From Octopus sinensis (taxonomy: Eukaryota): a stretch of 64,000 nucleotides of DNA. Position 1 is the stretch's first letter. Each line of letters opens with the position of its first letter. A program made the translations under genes and the position numbers. The stretch covers positions 130,324,001-130,388,000 of the forward strand of contig NC_042999.1 in NCBI RefSeq assembly GCF_006345805.1. The letters run 5' to 3'. Below, piece by piece: positions 13,010 to 26,007 of the stretch. Under the pieces are notes generated by a model. It saw only the letters and a program-made list of their open reading frames with translations, ran no database searches and was not told where the DNA came from.

Positions 13010-14698
13010 ATATTAGTGACATAGATAGTATTAATACTGAGAAGATATACTTATACCCACTTAAGCATGGATGTTCTGTTGGAACAAACTATACTGCAGT
13101 AGATACCATGAGAGAAACTCTTATATAGATTTTTAGTGCAAAATGCCCTCTTGTATTTATATAGCTAGTGGGAAAACAAATCCCTGCCACCTCCAACACT
13201 GAGACCACCAGATCATGTGATTTTGACCTTTCTTGGTCTTATTAATGATGGATGCTCAACCACTAGAGGTAGCAGTGACTCAGATAAACAAGAGTGTATT
13301 TTGCACCAAAAGTCAATATGAGAGTTTCTCTCACAATATTTACTGCTGTATAGTTTGTTTGAATAGAACATCTACGTTTAAGTGGTGATAAATATTACCT
13401 CACAGTAGAGAAAGTTAGTGTAGGAATGAGAAGGAATAAGTTGTGATAGCTAAACAATATCAGGATGCTGTTGTTTAACCTAGGTTAGTCTTCATCAAAC
13501 CAGCTATTAATCAAAAATATCCCAGCTTTGACCATCAGAATTTTTTTATTCAGGGATAGTCTGTGTAGCATTACATTATCCAGTCTATCTTTTCTTCTTC
13601 TTTTTAAAGATAGTAAGATATGGTTGGGAAGGAGATTTAGCTGCTACTTCTAGCTGATTGAGCAACCACATAGAGGTTCATTGTTAGTTGGACAATGATA
13701 TAGTTGCGGAAATGTGGAAGAGTCAATACTATGGCTGCAAGAGTTTAACAATATTCCAATTATGAAAGATACATAAAAACATTATTGCGAAACAACATAA
13801 AAAATCATGAAAAGGGGTTGGTGAATAATGTAGTTAAGAAAAGTTGGAACATAAATCTTTCTTTTGTTTTTTTTGTAGAAACCAAATAATAGTGCAGTTA
13901 TGGAAAACAACATTTAAGAGACTACAGGTGACACAATCATTTTTTATTTTGTACAATTATTCCTGTTTGTACAATTTTTTCCTTAAAACATCAGTAGGTT
14001 CAAGATGATTTGTAATCAGTTTGAGGAAATTACAAAATAATGGAATTTTTTTAAATATAAATCTAAGAAGTCAATAAAGCATGTAAACAGGGAATGTGAA
14101 GTCATTTACAGGTAAAATACATCTGTTAAGGCAAGTAAAATAATTAAGAATAAGAGTTAATTTTCTTTTCACATTGCTTCTGAAAAGAAAAGCAATGGTA
14201 ACCCATCTCATAAGATTCTTTTATCCTTTGAATCTAAAAATGAAAAGTATGAATCTAAAATTAAACGACTAAATATTTACAAAGAGTTGTTGCTTTTAAG
14301 GTTATAATTTTACATTATTTATATTGATTCAATCACTGACCACTTTTGCATGTCTTTTATCTGGATTTTAAATGCTCTTAATCTGGAAATCTAGTCTGGA
14401 ACTACACACATAATGAGGAAGGGCTAAGACAACTAATGAAGTTATAAGTATTGTAAATAAATGATCCCAAAATGAGGTTAATAATTTACTAAATTATAAT
14501 CTTAATCTAAAATTGTTAGCAAACAGTGGAATCTAGTACTTCTAGCAACTGAAAAAATGAAAAATAGCTAATAATTGAAGTGAATATACAACATAACATT
14601 GCTAAAAAGTGAACAGAATCTAAAATTGGTAACTAAATACACAGAAAGACAAACAATAGAATTATCCAAATTCAATATTTATACAAGCCATATCTTAC

Positions 14699-14756
14699 CT
14701 TAGTTCAAAAGGCGGAGAAACATGTGTGTCAACCCAGAAAGGCCACAAAGTATAAT
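14699..14756 (-). CDS. MDP1: MDP1 exon 2 (DYTLWPFWVDTHVSPPFEL)
   Basis: Acceptor tttttaatag, donor AG|GTAAGA, 58 nt. DYTLWPFWVDTHV.PPF is the diagnostic MDP1 motif. This exon is missed by the ORF track. Confidence 0.95.
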
Positions 14757-16507
14757 CTATTAAAAATACAATTCAATACATAATGATAATGATGGTGAAA
14801 ATAACATCAAGTTTTTGATTAAGTTTAGCATTTTGACATTCAAAGTAATGGTTATTTATTCACATTGTTCTGAATTAATCATGTATTATCTTGTAGCTTT
14901 GAGATTTTGATGAGTTAATTGTTAATTTTTAGAATGATATTGTTGGCCAGATTTAGTTTATTTAAGCATAAAAGAAGTAGGGTTAATATTTTTTGGAAGA
15001 AACTTAAAGATTTTGAAGAATCAAGATCTTTTCCAAATCCTTTCAATAAAAAACTGGAATAATTTCACTTGAATTGAAATCATGTTCAGTAAGAATTTAC
15101 TATCCAATCAAAGCACTTTCTTCATTATGAGGTAAGTTGTTTAATAATATAGATAAACACTTTATACTAACACTGTAATACTTAACTTGAATAAGAGCAT
15201 TACCAGGCTTATGACACTGAGCCATTAGAACTTTTTATAAAAATAATCATGTCTTTTCTCTTATGGTCATTTCTCAATGTATCTATTTTTTCTCAGAAAT
15301 AAGAATTAGGCTGAATATATTGGCTAGTTTAACACAGTCACCTGACCCTTGAGAATCTTTAACAGAGTTTATTTCATTGCAAACATACTACAGTTTGAAA
15401 AGATAGTCAGTTGATGTTCAGCCTTCAACTATCTTTTCTTGTGCAGTGACTCAGAAGGTGGAATCAATTTCCCAGCAGAGGCTTTTTGCCAGACAAAACT
15501 GTGGTCCAAAAACATAGATAATGTCATGAGTGGCAGGGACACATAGCCTCATGTACTCTTCTCTCTAAATTCATGATATCCCAGTGTACACAGGATTTCG
15601 AGAGGCCAAACACAGCTACAATTTGCAGCAGGACTGCTCCTAGAAAGTGTAGTGATTAGCAGTAACTCATGAAATATTGTTTCCATTTCCCTCCTCTACC
15701 CAAACCATAAAGAAGTTTATTAACATGAACAAGACAGTCAGTTGGACAATTATCTCCCCTTTACACTAATCTCTGTGAAATTTTTATCCTATTCATTCCA
15801 GAAACAAAAATCTCAGAAACAACATCTAACACATACATATTAATCTACCCTCTGTCAACAGCACCAAAATGCAAATACTACACACATCTAGTAAAGAGTA
15901 TTGTACTGTGTATAAGCAATAAACAACTAAGGTTCTCAAAAGAAAAGCCTCTCAATTTCTGATGATTTCTCATGGCAATCACATACCTACACAATTTTGT
16001 TGAATCTGCATCACAAAGATTAAGCTTCCTCAGAAATAGAAACTATGTCTACCCTGAAAAGTTGTTGACCTTATATGAAACTAGCCACAATATGACAGCT
16101 CCACCTGCTAGAAATAACAGCAAAATCGCCCTCGTATCACAATTTACTGTCTTACAAGAAGGAATGATGCATTGATATTGTAATCCTCAATTAACTATGC
16201 CTAAAAAAAATGGGATGGTCATGGCTGGAATAGCTTTGATCATAGGTCTGCTCGATGTGTAGTGCTCACATATTAGCCGTAGCACTTCAGTACTACACAA
16301 ACTTTCTAGACTGCATTCAAAGAAGGCCATTTGACTGATTAACAGAAACTCAGCACATTGCACGCACTAGACCACACATACTATTTCTTCTATAAGTCTC
16401 TTTTACCATTATAAGAAATGTATATTTTCATTTAAACTTGTAAGATCCATTCTACCCTCCACATTCATTTAATGTACTCAGCTATCTTGCTGTGCTTAGA
16501 TCTAACC

Positions 16508-16846
16508 CAGTGATTCTCTACTGGGGTTCATATGGTCCCTGGGAATCCATGCATGCAAATAGTAAATTGGGTAAACATAGAAGGGTTTCAAATTAAGGAT
16601 CCAGGAAAAAAAAATTGCTTTAGAAGTATTTACTGCAAGAAACAGCTAGATTATTTTTTCTCTAATGTCTTACATAGTTCAAACTACACAGTTTGAACTA
16701 CACAAGTTTATGTGTGATGAACAAAATAGAAATTTTGAAAGAATTATCATTAATACTAGTTTTTAAATATCGAATGACTATAGGGGGTCTACCAGAATAA
16801 AACAATCAAAAGGAGTCTACAAATAAAATATGGTTGATAACCACTG
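16508..16846. mobile_element. hAT (Charlie-like) MITE
   Basis: TIRs CAGTGATTCTCTAC / GTTGATAACCACTG and a perfect 8-bp TSD ATCTAACC (16500-16507, 16847-16854). Confidence 0.88.
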
Positions 16847-16920
16847 ATCTAACCCAATAATTTCCTCTAAAGATAGAATTCATAGGCATCCCAGGACAAG
16901 CCAATTTTTCTTATAGATAT

Positions 16921-17135
16921 TGGTTTCAAATTTTGATACAAGACTAGCATGTTCGGGGAAGGGGGCTAGTTGATTACATCGACCCCAGTATTCAACTGGT
17001 ATTTATTTTATCAACCCTAAAAGGATGTAATTTAACGTCGACCCTGGCGGAATTTGAACTCAGAATCTGAAGATGGACGAAATGCCGCTGAGCGTTTTGC
17101 ACAGTGTGTTAACAATTCTGCCAGCATGTCGCCTT
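16921..17135 (-). mobile_element. SINE family B
   Basis: Reverse complement of the family B consensus (gattacatcgaccccagt...ggcggaatttgaactcagaa...ttctgccagc..cgcc). Confidence 0.8.
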
Positions 17136-18076
17136 TAATTTTCTGTAATGGTTTCAAATCTGAAGACGAGCGAAATGTTGCTAATAAATAAATACCCTGA
17201 TTTTTAGCACAGAAAGAAACGATGGTAAAAATAAACAAAATACTTCTATACAAGATGGTGATTATAATAAAACAAATGAAATTTCATAAACTAAGTTACT
17301 ATTTCAACTAATAGCATGTCTACATAGAAGGATAATTAAAATACATATAGCTTCTGTTTAAATTTTTTCGTCTATTAAAATAACATTTTGCTGTCACTAA
17401 GCGTACAAAAAAACCGAAACTACACTGGTTATTTATACCTACAATACGATTTATTTCTCTTTAGAACAATATATGTTTATCCCTTGTTACAGACGATTAA
17501 AACGTAACATTCAAGATATCTGTCAAACCGCATTTAACTTTCACTTTTGTTTACAGAACACAGAATTTTAAACAAAGGAAATGTTCACAAATGTCAAGGA
17601 AAATTTCTGGCTAGTGACTGAGCACTAACCACACCCTATATCATAGTACTTTTATATTACAAAACAAAAACTACAGGAACAATTACAGAACATTTAAGGA
17701 GACCGAGGCTCTACTGTTAATATCACTTCTAATCTTCAGTAATAACAGAAAATCCATGAAATAACTAAACATTTATAGAATTTTCATAGAAAGAAACAGT
17801 AATTGTATTCGAGCATGTTTACAAACGAACATTATGAATCCGAGATCGCCGGGTAAGAGAGGTTAATTACAAAGCAGTTATATAACAGGACTATACGCAC
17901 ACACACACACATATCCAAGGAAGTAGGTAAGCGTGCGAATGAATAAAATATTTAATCTATAATTATCATAATAACAAAATATATTTTTGTTTGTTGGACT
18001 AATGATGAATGGATTATATATATATATATATATAACCATTTTGTAATATATAAATAATAACAATACCATACTCTAC

Positions 18077-18125
18077 CTAAGTCAAATACAATAAGCTTTG
18101 GTTTGTCTACATAGGACACCGCCAT
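18077..18125 (-). CDS. MDP1: MDP1 exon 1 (MAVSYVDKPKLIVFDL+G)
   Basis: ATG at 18125-18123 and donor G|GTAGAG. PKLIVFDL(D) is HAD motif I of MDP1, with the second Asp split by the phase-1 intron. Confidence 0.93.
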
Positions 18126-19127
18126 ACCGGACACATGTTGATAACTAGAGAACGAGAGTGATCTCCCTTACGTTATATCGCCAACATCTTAACCTCAAAC
18201 TCATATCGAACAAAATTATTGCAAAACTTAGTTTTTTTTTAATAAGCGAACATATTATATTTTCTTCCTTTTTACTACACAATGTGAGAAATATGAATTT
18301 TATAGTTATGAAAAAAAAAAAACAATGGAAACTATTTTAACATTTTTAACGAAATATATTTTCATAATAAGAAGTTTTCAATTATTTATTTAATCTAATA
18401 TTGTTGCTATGCTCCGTTACTATGTTCTATTACTGCACATAATTTCTTTGCGTAATACGTTTTAAAATATCTTCTGTTTGGCATGTGGGCAAAATCGGTA
18501 ACTGGGGCATATTGAGTAATTTCTGATTTTTTTTGTTTGTTTTTTGTTATTTTTTTCTTACCTGTTTGAAACCATTGCATTGCAAATATTGCAACATCGT
18601 TTTCTACTGTTCCATCATCTTTGGGAATAAAAATTGGTCAGGATAATTGTTATTGTTGTTGCTGTTGAATTTGAGGGAGATGGAAACACGGCTGACACTT
18701 TTTCAAGAAATTTTTCCTCAACTTTGACTCGGTTGCAACTGGGATTAAAATATCTGGATAATTTAATTTTTGGTGTCTAACAATCAATATTCCAAATCAA
18801 CCTTTTCTCACACTTATGTAATTTGATAGTTTTCAGTTTTCAAAAAAAAAAAAAAAGTCTGTAGTGGGGCAAAATGTGTAATGGCTGACTTCAACCACTT
18901 TTTTTTTTTTTTTTTTGCAAGGTACTAAAACATATCAGGAATAGAGACACTCCCGCAGATCATGAAGAAGCTATAGATAAGATTTTATGTTGAGGTTTTA
19001 GATTTATCTGAGTTTCGTTAATTTCATATCATGTGCCATTTTTCCATGCTCCTCTTTCATTTGACCTGGATATTTAAATTCTTTTTTTGCACTTGTGATC
19101 TTCCCGATGTGTATGAGTCTTTTTCAA

Positions 19128-21417
19128 ATGTAATTTACAGTTGTTTCAGTTTGTTATTTTTTAGGTAAATTTGCACTTATCTCGTTCCATGTAACAAACA
19201 TGGTCAGAATGATTTAGAGTTTATCAGAGGAACATTGACAGGAGAATATTGACAGGAGCAAATAACAATAGAAGCATCATTAAAGGATATACCGATTCAA
19301 CCAAAAGATGTATATCTAAAAGAAGTGATTGCAAAATTAACAAACTTCACCCACCATTTACGATGGAAAGCCTTATTCTACGATAAAAGTAGCCAAACAG
19401 AGATTATCAATCACAACAGCAAGGATTTTACCGAGGAAATTTTAAAACCTAGAAAAATACCCCCACCAAATAGCTGCCTAGACGCTTTTGCGAACGAACT
19501 ATGGGATACTATTAGGAACCTAAAATTTAAGCGACATCCACTAAGGAATAATACTTAAAGGACCTTCTACTCAAACTGAAATCGCAAAAGGGAATTATTG
19601 TACACTCCGACAAAACCAGGAACTTATATAATTTGGATATTAATTTATACCACCGGCTGTTGCATAAAGAAATTACGAAAAAATACAAAATAGTGCCTAA
19701 TAACACTTTAAGAGCTATGAACCTATCCGCCAAGAAGATTATGACAAACTACAACTTAGAAGAGAAAACTGAGCCTTTCGCACCTTCCAGACCCCGCATA
19801 ACAATTAGGGACCACAAAGAAAAATTCTTAACAGACACGAAAGTTAGACTAATCTGCCCTAACAAATCAGATCTATGCAAGCTAAATAAATTAATCTTAG
19901 ATTAAATATGTTCTTACCATAAAAACAAGATCACTCTCGAATTATGGTCAAATACCCACGACGCCCTTAACTGGTTCTCCAATATACAGAATAAAAATAG
20001 TTAGAAGTTCCTACAATTAGACAGACAACTACGACTCATCAATTAATCTTACGGTTCTAAATAGCGCTCTGACTTTCGCTAAAAACATACCAAATTTGAC
20101 AATGAATGGAATTAAGGTAATCATAGAAGCTAGGAAATCTATAATAAAATTCGATAGCAAACTGTGGGTAAGGAACGACACCCCAATCGACACAGGTATC
20201 TGATTTAGTGGGTATTTATCTATCATCTCACTTAAACGAAGAATTCCCAGAGGTTAGAGACGATGCGTTATTTATCCTTAAAAACACTTCCAATAGGAGG
20301 CTTGAACTACTAAAGAAAAAATTTATATAAGTTCTTTAAATGGTTTGGATTAACTATCACGATAGGAAAAGAGTATAATTCTACTATCTACTTTAGATGC
20401 CAACTGTAATTTAACCATGGGATTACACGAACCATACATTAATCCTAATACCAATCTCAAATATATTAATGCACTTAGCAACCACCCAAACTTTATAAAA
20501 AGCGGACTTGTTCAGGGTATTAGTAACAGAATTTCGTATCTCACGTCCAACAAAGATATCTTCAATAAGTATAAGGAACGCTATAATACTGTATTGGAAA
20601 ACGAGACGAGTAAAACATACAACATGCTTACATAAAGATAAATTCTTATTCTCTAAATACCGCTAATACCTACATTACGGATTATTAGCTGACCTGTCTA
20701 ACATCTGATTACCTCCCCCTTGACCCCCCTCCTTTACCACAAAGCATGATTTAGTATTAAATTACTCCGACTAACTGAATTATTTATCTTAAATGCACGA
20801 TGTACACCCGGAGCTATAATTCTCTTTAATATATTCTCATTAAAGTTAGATCACTGACTAACATACTAATTGCTAGGGCTGCCAATAACATAAGTATGAT
20901 TAAACAAGCAATTTAGCCCATTCTAGCCGATTTGGTTGGTTTTAATAATATTAACGAGTAGATAGCCCGCACCGCACATAACATTTTATTTATTTGTTAT
21001 ACCTTTTTATGTAACCCAGATTTATACCGTTTATCGCACTTAAACTTTTAAGAGCATCCTAAATTTTAGCAAGGGCATTATTTGTAATCACAGGGACTTA
21101 TCTAGCGGACTCAAATAGCGTTACTTATTACAATTAATGACACCGGATATTACTACCAGTTATTACTCTTTAGACTAACACCGTCGGTCAACTAGTCATT
21201 TTCTCCACTTGCTGCTCCATTCATCTAATTGAAGAAATGTACACACACCTACATCCTTTAAAGGACACAAATATGTAAACGTAAAGACATAACGAACTTT
21301 TTTTCCTTTTTCTCATGTCAATATTCCTTTGATATAAACTCTGACGATGTTTGTTACATAGAACGAGATAAGTGCAAATTTACCTAAAAATTAACAGACT
21401 GGAACAGCTGTAAACAT
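19128..21417 (+). mobile_element. Decayed Penelope-like element (RT region, no endonuclease seen) bounded by ~105-bp inverted terminal repeats
   Basis: Broken frames encode FTHHLRWKALFY, HSDKTRNLY, ITIRDHKEKFLTDTKVRLICPNKSDLCKLNKLILD and NLKYINALSNHP, which are PLE RT-type motifs. 19128-19240 is the reverse complement of 21316-21417. Confidence 0.8.
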
Positions 21418-22015
21418 TATTTTAACTACAATTAAACTATGATCATTTAATACCAATGATCAACTTCTAATTGTTAATTGTTGCTCCGTTTCTTTTCTTA
21501 TATAAAACCACAGTTTACCATTTAAATTACCAAGGTCTATACATAGGTAATACACCAGTAGTGCCTACGGTTACATTTATCCCTTAGACGGTTGCATAAC
21601 CTCTAACTCATAATTTTTCCATGTTTATATATTCATTTTTGTGTTTGTGTAAACCATAAAAATCAGGAGGTATGAGCAGTGAATATATATTTACCACACG
21701 AGATCCTTGGGATTACAGCTGTTTTGTAACCTTCTTCATGTAGTATTGATTTCATTGTGGAAGAAATTGTGCTTATACGTTGGCATTATTATGTATGCTT
21801 CACATTATACGATAAAAATGTATTTTCACAAATCAGTGGAAATAGAAAAACGATAGCTCATGAGATCACCAGAACATCACGGTTATACTAACGATCAACT
21901 CGCTGTGTATGCGTTGAGTGCGCGCACGCGTGTGTTTCTGTTTCCTTTGCTTTGGCATCGGGCTGTAGTGTTAAGCGAGTGTCACTGTCATGCAAGAGGT
22001 ATTCTTTGTTTCCAG

Positions 22016-22098
22016 CCTCCCATGTAATCATGCTCGGGCATGATGAAATATTACCCGACTTGGAAGCAGGCGAAGGTTGGCAACTGGAATGGCATTCG
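22016..22098 (+). CDS. Candidate exon A of an unrecognised micro-gene (first in-frame ATG at 22030: MLGHDEILPDLEAGEGWQLEWHS)
   Basis: Acceptor tattctttgtttccag and donor TCG|GTATGC. Only one of three frames is open. GC/CpG is raised relative to the flanks. No homology recognised. Confidence 0.45.
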
Positions 22099-22444
22099 GT
22101 ATGCAAAGTCTGTCTGATCCATGCGGGTATGGAAAGGTGGATGTTTCATAAATATACACACGTGTGTGCGAGTGTTACATGGATGATAATATTTTCAGCT
22201 GAGATGTTACAAACGTATCTGATCGTTCAAGTGCATCAATTCTGTGCATGTACGTATGTACGATTGCAAACATTTATCAATGATTTCTCTTATTTGTTTT
22301 AATGCGCCATTTTCTATCATTAATAAAAACTGTCGGCATTTTTGATGACGCGGGTATGCTAGTTTACAATAAAACAGAAAAGGCGAAAAAATTCTTCGAA
22401 GATATACATAGATATTTACATATGTCATAATAAATGCGCGCGCG

Positions 22445-22512
<68 letters not shown>

Positions 22513-23181
22513 ATAACAGGACACTGACCGGTCATTCCCTGTCAATAAATATGGTGAAGAGAGAGAAAATAACAAGAATGCGATGTTAAGTTATCGCGTG
22601 GATATACAAACTGATGTCGCTGGCGGGGAGATCGCCTTGCTGATGATGTCATAAAGTTATGCGTGTTCATCGCATAGTATCATCAGGTTGAGGATGAATA
22701 GACTGACTGGATGTCTGTATTCTGTACACGTATGTGCGCGTGCATGTAAGTGTGAGTACGTGCGTGCAAATAATATAATATGTATGCACACTTGTAAGCG
22801 CACTCATGCGTGTGATTGTTTACAAAGTCTTCGAAACGAAAACAATGCTCTACTTGATATTTCCTCAACAATTACTCTCTCTCTCTCTCTCTCTGTTTCG
22901 GTCAATGCCCCATACTTACTCTTCCTCTAATTTCCCTCTCAATCTCTCCTCTCTATTTAACTCTCTTTCTCTCAAGTAGAGTCATGAACGTATAGTTATA
23001 GTCAATTGTTCTGATTTGAAATATACGATGAAGTAGTAAAGTATTTCATAGTACATCTACGCCTAAGTCACCGTCTCTATTCTAATAATGGAATAGAAAG
23101 TGTTAGTAAGTAAGCCATAAGAGTTCAACACTGAATTGGCTAACTGTGAAGCCTTTATAATTCATCCATCGATGTTATATA

Positions 23182-23693
23182 CCTTAAATCCTCGAGTATA
23201 GTTCGCCCATGAGTATAATACGCAGGGGATTTTTAGGGAGCTGCACCGCTGAAAAACCTAAACCTTGTGTATAATACGCACCCCTTCTCTAACTTGAGTC
23301 AAGGAGATCTATATAACGTCCTTGGTTTGTAAAAATGAATACGGTAACATCCTTTATTATTATTGCATATATAACATAATGCGAACGTGTAGCTTTTTTG
23401 TGCATTTTGTTTGCAGAAAATTAAGAAATAACAGTAATAACATTTAATAAATGCTGCTTACTGCAAGTTATGGATGATCCTTTTATGACTTCATTGCTTT
23501 CAGGCTTAGCTTAAGGTATTTTCGTGCCCGACATCACAAAATGCGTCTGAATAGACATTGCCGGACAGCAAATAGAGACTCGGACATTGCTTAGAAAATA
23601 TTTTTCATTTTTAACCTCGTATATAGTACGCACTAGGGATTTTGACCTTTAAATTTTGGGAAAATAATGCGGATTATACTCGAGGATTTACGG
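23182..23693. mobile_element. pogo/Tigger-like MITE (512 bp)
   Basis: TIRs CCTTAAATCCTCGAGTATAGTTCGC and revcomp CCGTAAATCCTCGAGTATAATCCGC; TA TSD on both sides. Confidence 0.85.
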
Positions 23694-23932
23694 TACTATG
23701 AAGTACCTTATGGTAGTCCAATCACACTACGGTTAAGTTACTGCTACTTTTACTGTTTTTCCCTAAATAATTTTGTTAATTAATAGCTGTTCAGGTGTAA
23801 TAATGACACAATGATCCTGCAACAATAGATTGGGGCACCCAGGGTATAATTTGTACACGATGATCAAAACATGTGAATCTATATGTTTCTGCGGCTACCC
23901 ACTTTTCATCCCTAGGAAGCGACATAAATGCT

Positions 23933-23992
<60 letters not shown>

Positions 23993-24000
23993 TAATAATA

Positions 24001-24565
24001 AAAAGATGCCCTGATGCAGTACCAGACAGTGGCTCTCATGGCTTCTGATCTTAACTGATTGGAAGTGTTATCATGTACATTGTTTTGTCTTGGTATAAAA
24101 GATGGGCTACAGCAAATATTCTGCTTAATACCACAGATTTGCTTGTCAGTTGTTTGACCTTAACCAGTTGACCATGTCCCTTAGTGGCTGACGATATGTG
24201 CATCTCTGATTACGAGCAGAAGTAGTGGGGGAGCATCATAGCCATGTGTTGAGAGGGATTCTTTGGGGTTTGAATAATTCACCTCTGGAAACATGAGTGG
24301 TTCTTTCAACATCCTTAAACAACCCTTATTCAGGGACTTTTCGAGCGGGATGGGCTACTCAACCTGAAGAAAATTCTAACTGGGCCCCACCTGCAAGGTC
24401 ATGCGCTGTTTACCTTGATATGAGATCACCAAGTCGCGCACATATGGTTGTGATGCATGTGCCTGGTGTACCCTTATCAGACGGTTAGTCATGATGGGTA
24501 TATTGGGCTTCGTATATTTTACCCCAGTGTCACTTTGATGGCATGAACTGCTCTCTCACTCAATA
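24001..24565 (+). mobile_element. Interspersed element embedded between (TAA)n arrays, probably a retroposon 3' portion
   Basis: Flanked on both sides by (TAA)n. An internal segment (caaatattctgcttaataccacagatttgctt...gaccttaaccagttgaccatgtcccttagtggct) has a decayed copy at ~6000-6065. Confidence 0.55.
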
Positions 24566-24568
24566 ATG

Positions 24569-24604
<36 letters not shown>

Positions 24605-24625
24605 TAATAATAATAATTATTATTA

Positions 24626-24694
<69 letters not shown>

Positions 24695-24778
24695 TAGTTT
24701 TATTTTTATAGCGTGCTTTCACTGCACACAGAGCTGCACTCGGTAGTGAAGTGAAAGCACGCTATAAAAATAAAACTA

Positions 24779-24825
<47 letters not shown>

Positions 24826-24843
24826 TAATAATAATAATAATAA
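24561..24843. repeat. (TAA)n-(TTA)n arrays enclosing an inverted duplication of a ~35-nt unique segment
   Basis: ttattcagtagttttatttttatagcgtgctttcact (to ~24723) pairs perfectly with agtgaaagcacgctataaaaataaaactactgaataa (from ~24750). The flanking TTA/TAA tracts extend the stem. Confidence 0.85.
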
Positions 24844-25459
24844 ACAGTCTGCGGAGAGGGGCGAAAGACAAGGGTTTCTCAGCAGATTTCGAACTCATTG
24901 TAAAGTGGACTAAATATATACTGCGAAATACTTTGTGCAGTCTACTCATGTTTCTGCTATTCCAACGCAATTTCTCTTTCTATAATATTAAAAAATAAAA
25001 TTCTTAGAAAGTTAACTCTTGCATTTATATAGAAGAGACGAAATTACGACGGAAGTAAAGCAGTCTTAATTACTAGATACATATCTGGCGTGTTTGTAAT
25101 ATGTTTCATTGAGATTACGTAACAAAAATAGCAGCGAAACTAAATAACATCACAAGCAAAATCATATGTAAACAAAATAGTAAAAAGAGCTACAACATAA
25201 ACTGCTGAAAAACCGAACTACCACTTTCTGTTTAAACTTAAATACTGCCCCTCTGGAACGAAGAGTGTCCCTCTAGACTAGCGCTACTTCAGTTTTTTGT
25301 CTGTATAGGAAATCTTAGATTACGAATAAATTTTCGAGGCCTAAAAGAGATCTACAAAATCAAATGAAAGTAAAATAATGTTTGGTTAGTACTCGATTAA
25401 ACTCGACAATAAAATGCTATTGGTAGAATTGTTTTTCTTTGAATCTGAAAATTTACTTG

Positions 25460-25884
25460 GGATCTTTTCGGTTTGAACGGCAATTTTTTCTAGCGGTGTC
25501 ATATGAAATTGTCACCCATAATTATGACCCTAGTATCGATCTATGGCATTTCAATCTGTTTTAGGGTTAGGGTTAGGGTTAGGGGTGGGGGGAAGGCTAT
25601 CTTTTTTTTTCTTCAGAAATGTAAATAAACCCAATCTGTTTCTTAAACGAGGGACATATTCATACGGCACAGAATGTTTTCACCTCAATAGACGTCATTG
25701 AGTGGTTGAAATTGCAGAAATTGAAGAAAAAAAAACAATAAATATCTTACAAACTATAGAATTTTATCAATAAAGCCAAGAGAAAAAGATGTTTTATAAA
25801 CACATTCTACCAGTATACGAAATTTTAAATTGTTTAGTTACGTGGAAATGATTTTAAAAACTGCCGTTCATACCGAAAAGATCC
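25460..25884. mobile_element. Merlin-like MITE carrying four TTAGGG units
   Basis: 29-nt TIRs GGATCTTTTCGGTTTGAACGGCAATTTTT and revcomp GGATCTTTTCGGTATGAACGGCAGTTTTT; 8-bp TSD TTTACTTG (25452-25459, 25885-25892). GG termini plus an 8-bp TSD fit Merlin better than hAT or P. TTAGGG x4 at ~25561-25584. Confidence 0.8.
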
Positions 25885-25939
25885 TTTACTTGGAAATTGT
25901 TAATGTGTAGAAGAAATGACTGATTCTTTTACACGGCAG

Positions 25940-26007
25940 GCGTCCGTGAGAATTGAGAACGATGTCATTAACATCGACGAACTGACTGGAAGGAATTATA
26001 TTGTGCG
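25940..26007 (+). CDS. Candidate exon B of the unrecognised micro-gene (ASVRIENDVINIDELTGRNYIV+CG)
   Basis: Acceptor gattcttttacacggcag and donor CG|GTATAT, 68 nt. Phase 0 start matches exon A; phase 2 end matches exon C. Confidence 0.45.

Larger units (their letters stand above)
11690..13400. repeat. Tandem array of three ~330-bp units plus a terminal inverted partial unit in MDP1 intron 2
   Basis: The motif catggatgttct...gaacaaactatac..cagtagataccatgagagaaact...gagaccaccagatc...ctagaggtagcag recurs near 11745, 12470 and 13065. 13280-13395 is the reverse complement of the unit's first third. Confidence 0.85.

Noticed and set aside
25561-25590. TTAGGG repeats as a telomere or chromosome-fusion scar
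   Set aside because: There are only four units and they are internal to a TIR/TSD-bounded MITE.
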